The notes under the pieces were generated by a model, which saw nothing but the letters and a program-made list of their open reading frames with translations, did not search any database and was not told the origin of the DNA. A program made the translations under genes and the position numbers. A stretch of 64,000 bases of DNA from Leucoraja ocellata (taxonomy: Eukaryota), in the NCBI GenBank assembly GCA_036785375.1, contig JAWMAR010000214.1, forward strand, positions 1,860,001 to 1,924,000, written 5' to 3'. Numbering within the stretch: position 1 is the stretch's first letter; each line of letters starts with the position of its first letter. Of the stretch, positions 61,790 to 64,000 are shown one piece after another.

Positions 61790-64000
61790 TTAATGACTGG
61801 TTTATGATAAAATAGTTGGAATGTTTTTTCCCCTGACCATCCTGCTGTCTTGAGGATTTGGTCCATTGGTACATCCAACTACATAGCTGCTGATGTAGCT
61901 GCAGCCCTGGTGGAATTAGATTTTAAAATATTAGTATCCACCCCAGCCTGTGTTAGAACCTGTTTCAGCCATCTTAAGATGGTCTGGACCATCACTTTTT
62001 TGTGTGGTTGCTTGTAGCTGATTAAAAGTGCCTTCTCATTGCCTCTGATGATTTTCGTGTTCTCCATGTATAACAACAAATGTCTTACTACACAGAGACG
62101 ATCATCTGTTGGGTAAGACCTAAATTCTATATTGAGGCCTGCTGATCCCTGTCTGTTCTGCTTAACTAATTGATAAATATGAAACGTAATATTTCCAGAT
62201 GCAGAAAGTTATGTTGTCCAGTCTTAATTTATGTAATGACTGTACCCTTTGTGCCATGACCAAAGCCATTAGCATGACTGTTGTCAGTGTCAGTCTATGT
62301 AGGGACAGAGCTGTTGCTGGAGACCAATTCCTTAGCATCATCAGGACAATACTCACATCCCATATTTGAGCGTACCTGGTTCTTGGGGGGTTGGTATTAA
62401 AAATTCCCCTCATAAGTTTTGTTACCAGGGGGTGAGTCCCAACAGAATGACGCTCTGTTCCTGCCATAGATAAGTTGATAGGGCACCTCCGGCACAGTTA
62501 ATGGCACTATAACTGAGCCCCTCATCATAATGGAGGCCTGCCAGGAATTCCAGAACAGACGGGATGTTCATTGATCTGTAGGTGATGCTGTTTCTGTGAC
62601 AATACATCTCCCATTTCCTGATATAGACCAGATACTGTTTTTTGGTGGACTCTCTGTGGGCCGCCGAAATTATGTTCACTGTTCGGTCCGTCAGTCCCAG
62701 CTGTAGTAGAGGTATTTTTAGACTCTACAAATTAATAAATTCATATAGTTATGACATGGGTGGCTATCCCTTATTATGGGATGAACCAATAAATCTGGTC
62801 TATTCGGGATGGTGATACATGGTTCTAATACCATGTTGAGTATCACAGGGAACCATGGTTGAGTAGGCCCATCTGGTACTACCAAAATACTAGACGCAGA
62901 GTCTTGCTGTATTTTCCTTAATACCCGACTGATGAGGCAGAAAGGAGGGAAACATAAATAAACAATTTCCCCCAATGCAGCGAAAATGCATTTGTCGCCG
63001 CTGCCCCAGGGTCTGGTTCCCAAGAAACATAGTTTGATAACTGGTGATTAAGTCTGGATGCGAATAGATCAATATCTGGTGTTCCATACCGTGCTGTAAT
63101 ATCAGCAAATACTTTTTTGTTCGACATCCATTCGGTGTTGTCATTAAATTTGCGTGACCTGGTGTCTGCCACTAAATTTAGTTTACTGGTAGGTAAGTAG
63201 CTGATATCCAAATATGTCTCTGGATACACCATTGCCAAATTGTATTAGCCAGATTGTTACATGATGTCGATTTGTTTCCACCCATGTGGTTGATATATGC
63301 TACCACGGTGGTATTGTCAATATGTAGTCTAACATGCTGGTGATATAACCCAGTACAATATGACTTTAGGCCATGGAATGTACCCAACATTTCCAGGTAG
63401 TTTATGCCCAGTGTTTGTAATAATGATGCCTCCTGTGCAGTCCATCTACCTCCACAGCTGGAGATGGAATTGGTGGCACCCCAACCAAGTGCACTGGCAT
63501 CAGTTTGTAGCACCATAGAAGGGTTGCTGATAATGATTGGATTGAAACAAAGCCGAATGTTATCTTTCCACCATTTTAGTTCCATTATAGCTTTGATTGG
63601 TAGCTTCATTGGTCTGTCAAAATGACCAGCATTAATTTTGAGTGCTCGTATTTTTGCTCTCTGTAAATTTTGGTAATGTAAAGGTCCGAATTGTGTGGCT
63701 GGAAAAGCAGCCACCATTTTGCCAATTACTTTTGCTACCAATCTGATGGACGGTTTACTGATGTCAATGAAGTTATTGCAAGCCTCTATTAAGTCTATAG
63801 CCTTTCCCTTTGGCAAAGTCACCGACATGTGAACTGAGTCAATGGTGAACCCCAAATAGTCCATAGTAGTGGAAGGCGTTAATTTAGATTTAACTGGATG
63901 GATAATAAACCCCAGTTTTTCAAATAACTGTTTTGTGGCTGTTACGGTTTGTTTGGCCAATTCCAATGTTTTGCCCACAATAAGTATGTCATCTAGATAT
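61790..64000 (-). mobile_element. DIRS1-like tyrosine-recombinase retrotransposon, degenerate and cut by the window end
   Basis: RT YLDD at the window edge; RNase H TDAS..GWG, INYLE, DNTTVVAYIN; methyltransferase-like DLFAS and FPPF; recombinase STRAAATS, AGWS and FY.K motifs. Confidence 0.92.

Noticed and set aside
62718-63238. Stand-alone adenine methyltransferase or restriction-modification system
   Set aside because: This domain is a normal part of DIRS1-like elements and is frameshifted here.

Overview
Vertebrate genomic DNA, most likely a cartilaginous fish (skate/ray), inferred from HE1-type V-SINEs, HER1/CR1 LINEs and Penelope pLTR-type repeats. The + strand carries the last ten coding exons of an intact acad9 gene (277-30397; all GT-AG, in frame, catalytic Glu present). 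Downstream, ~37715 to at least 61315 is a diverged tandem duplicate of ~13387-26000 containing copies of acad9 exons 16 and 17. Comparing the two copies gives empty sites that define many insertions exactly. Most of the window is transposon-derived: L1, CR1, Rex1/Babar, Penelope, two Gypsy elements, DIRS, Tc1, pogo/Tc2 MITEs, Harbinger, a 7-bp-TSD hAT-like MITE and Helitrons. The most interesting signals are: (1) a decayed antisense Ig-superfamily-like gene interleaved with acad9 and apparently the unit of duplication (tentative); (2) a Gypsy element whose primer-binding site copies 37 nt of tRNA-Trp, with mismatches at the m1A58 position, fused directly to RNase H; (3) a deletion-riddled ZFP36/TTP-family copy; (4) Penelope-type minimal hammerhead ribozyme motifs; (5) several unclassified non-autonomous elements. 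All homologies were recognised by eye or from memory, not by database search. Coordinates of decayed repeats are approximate.
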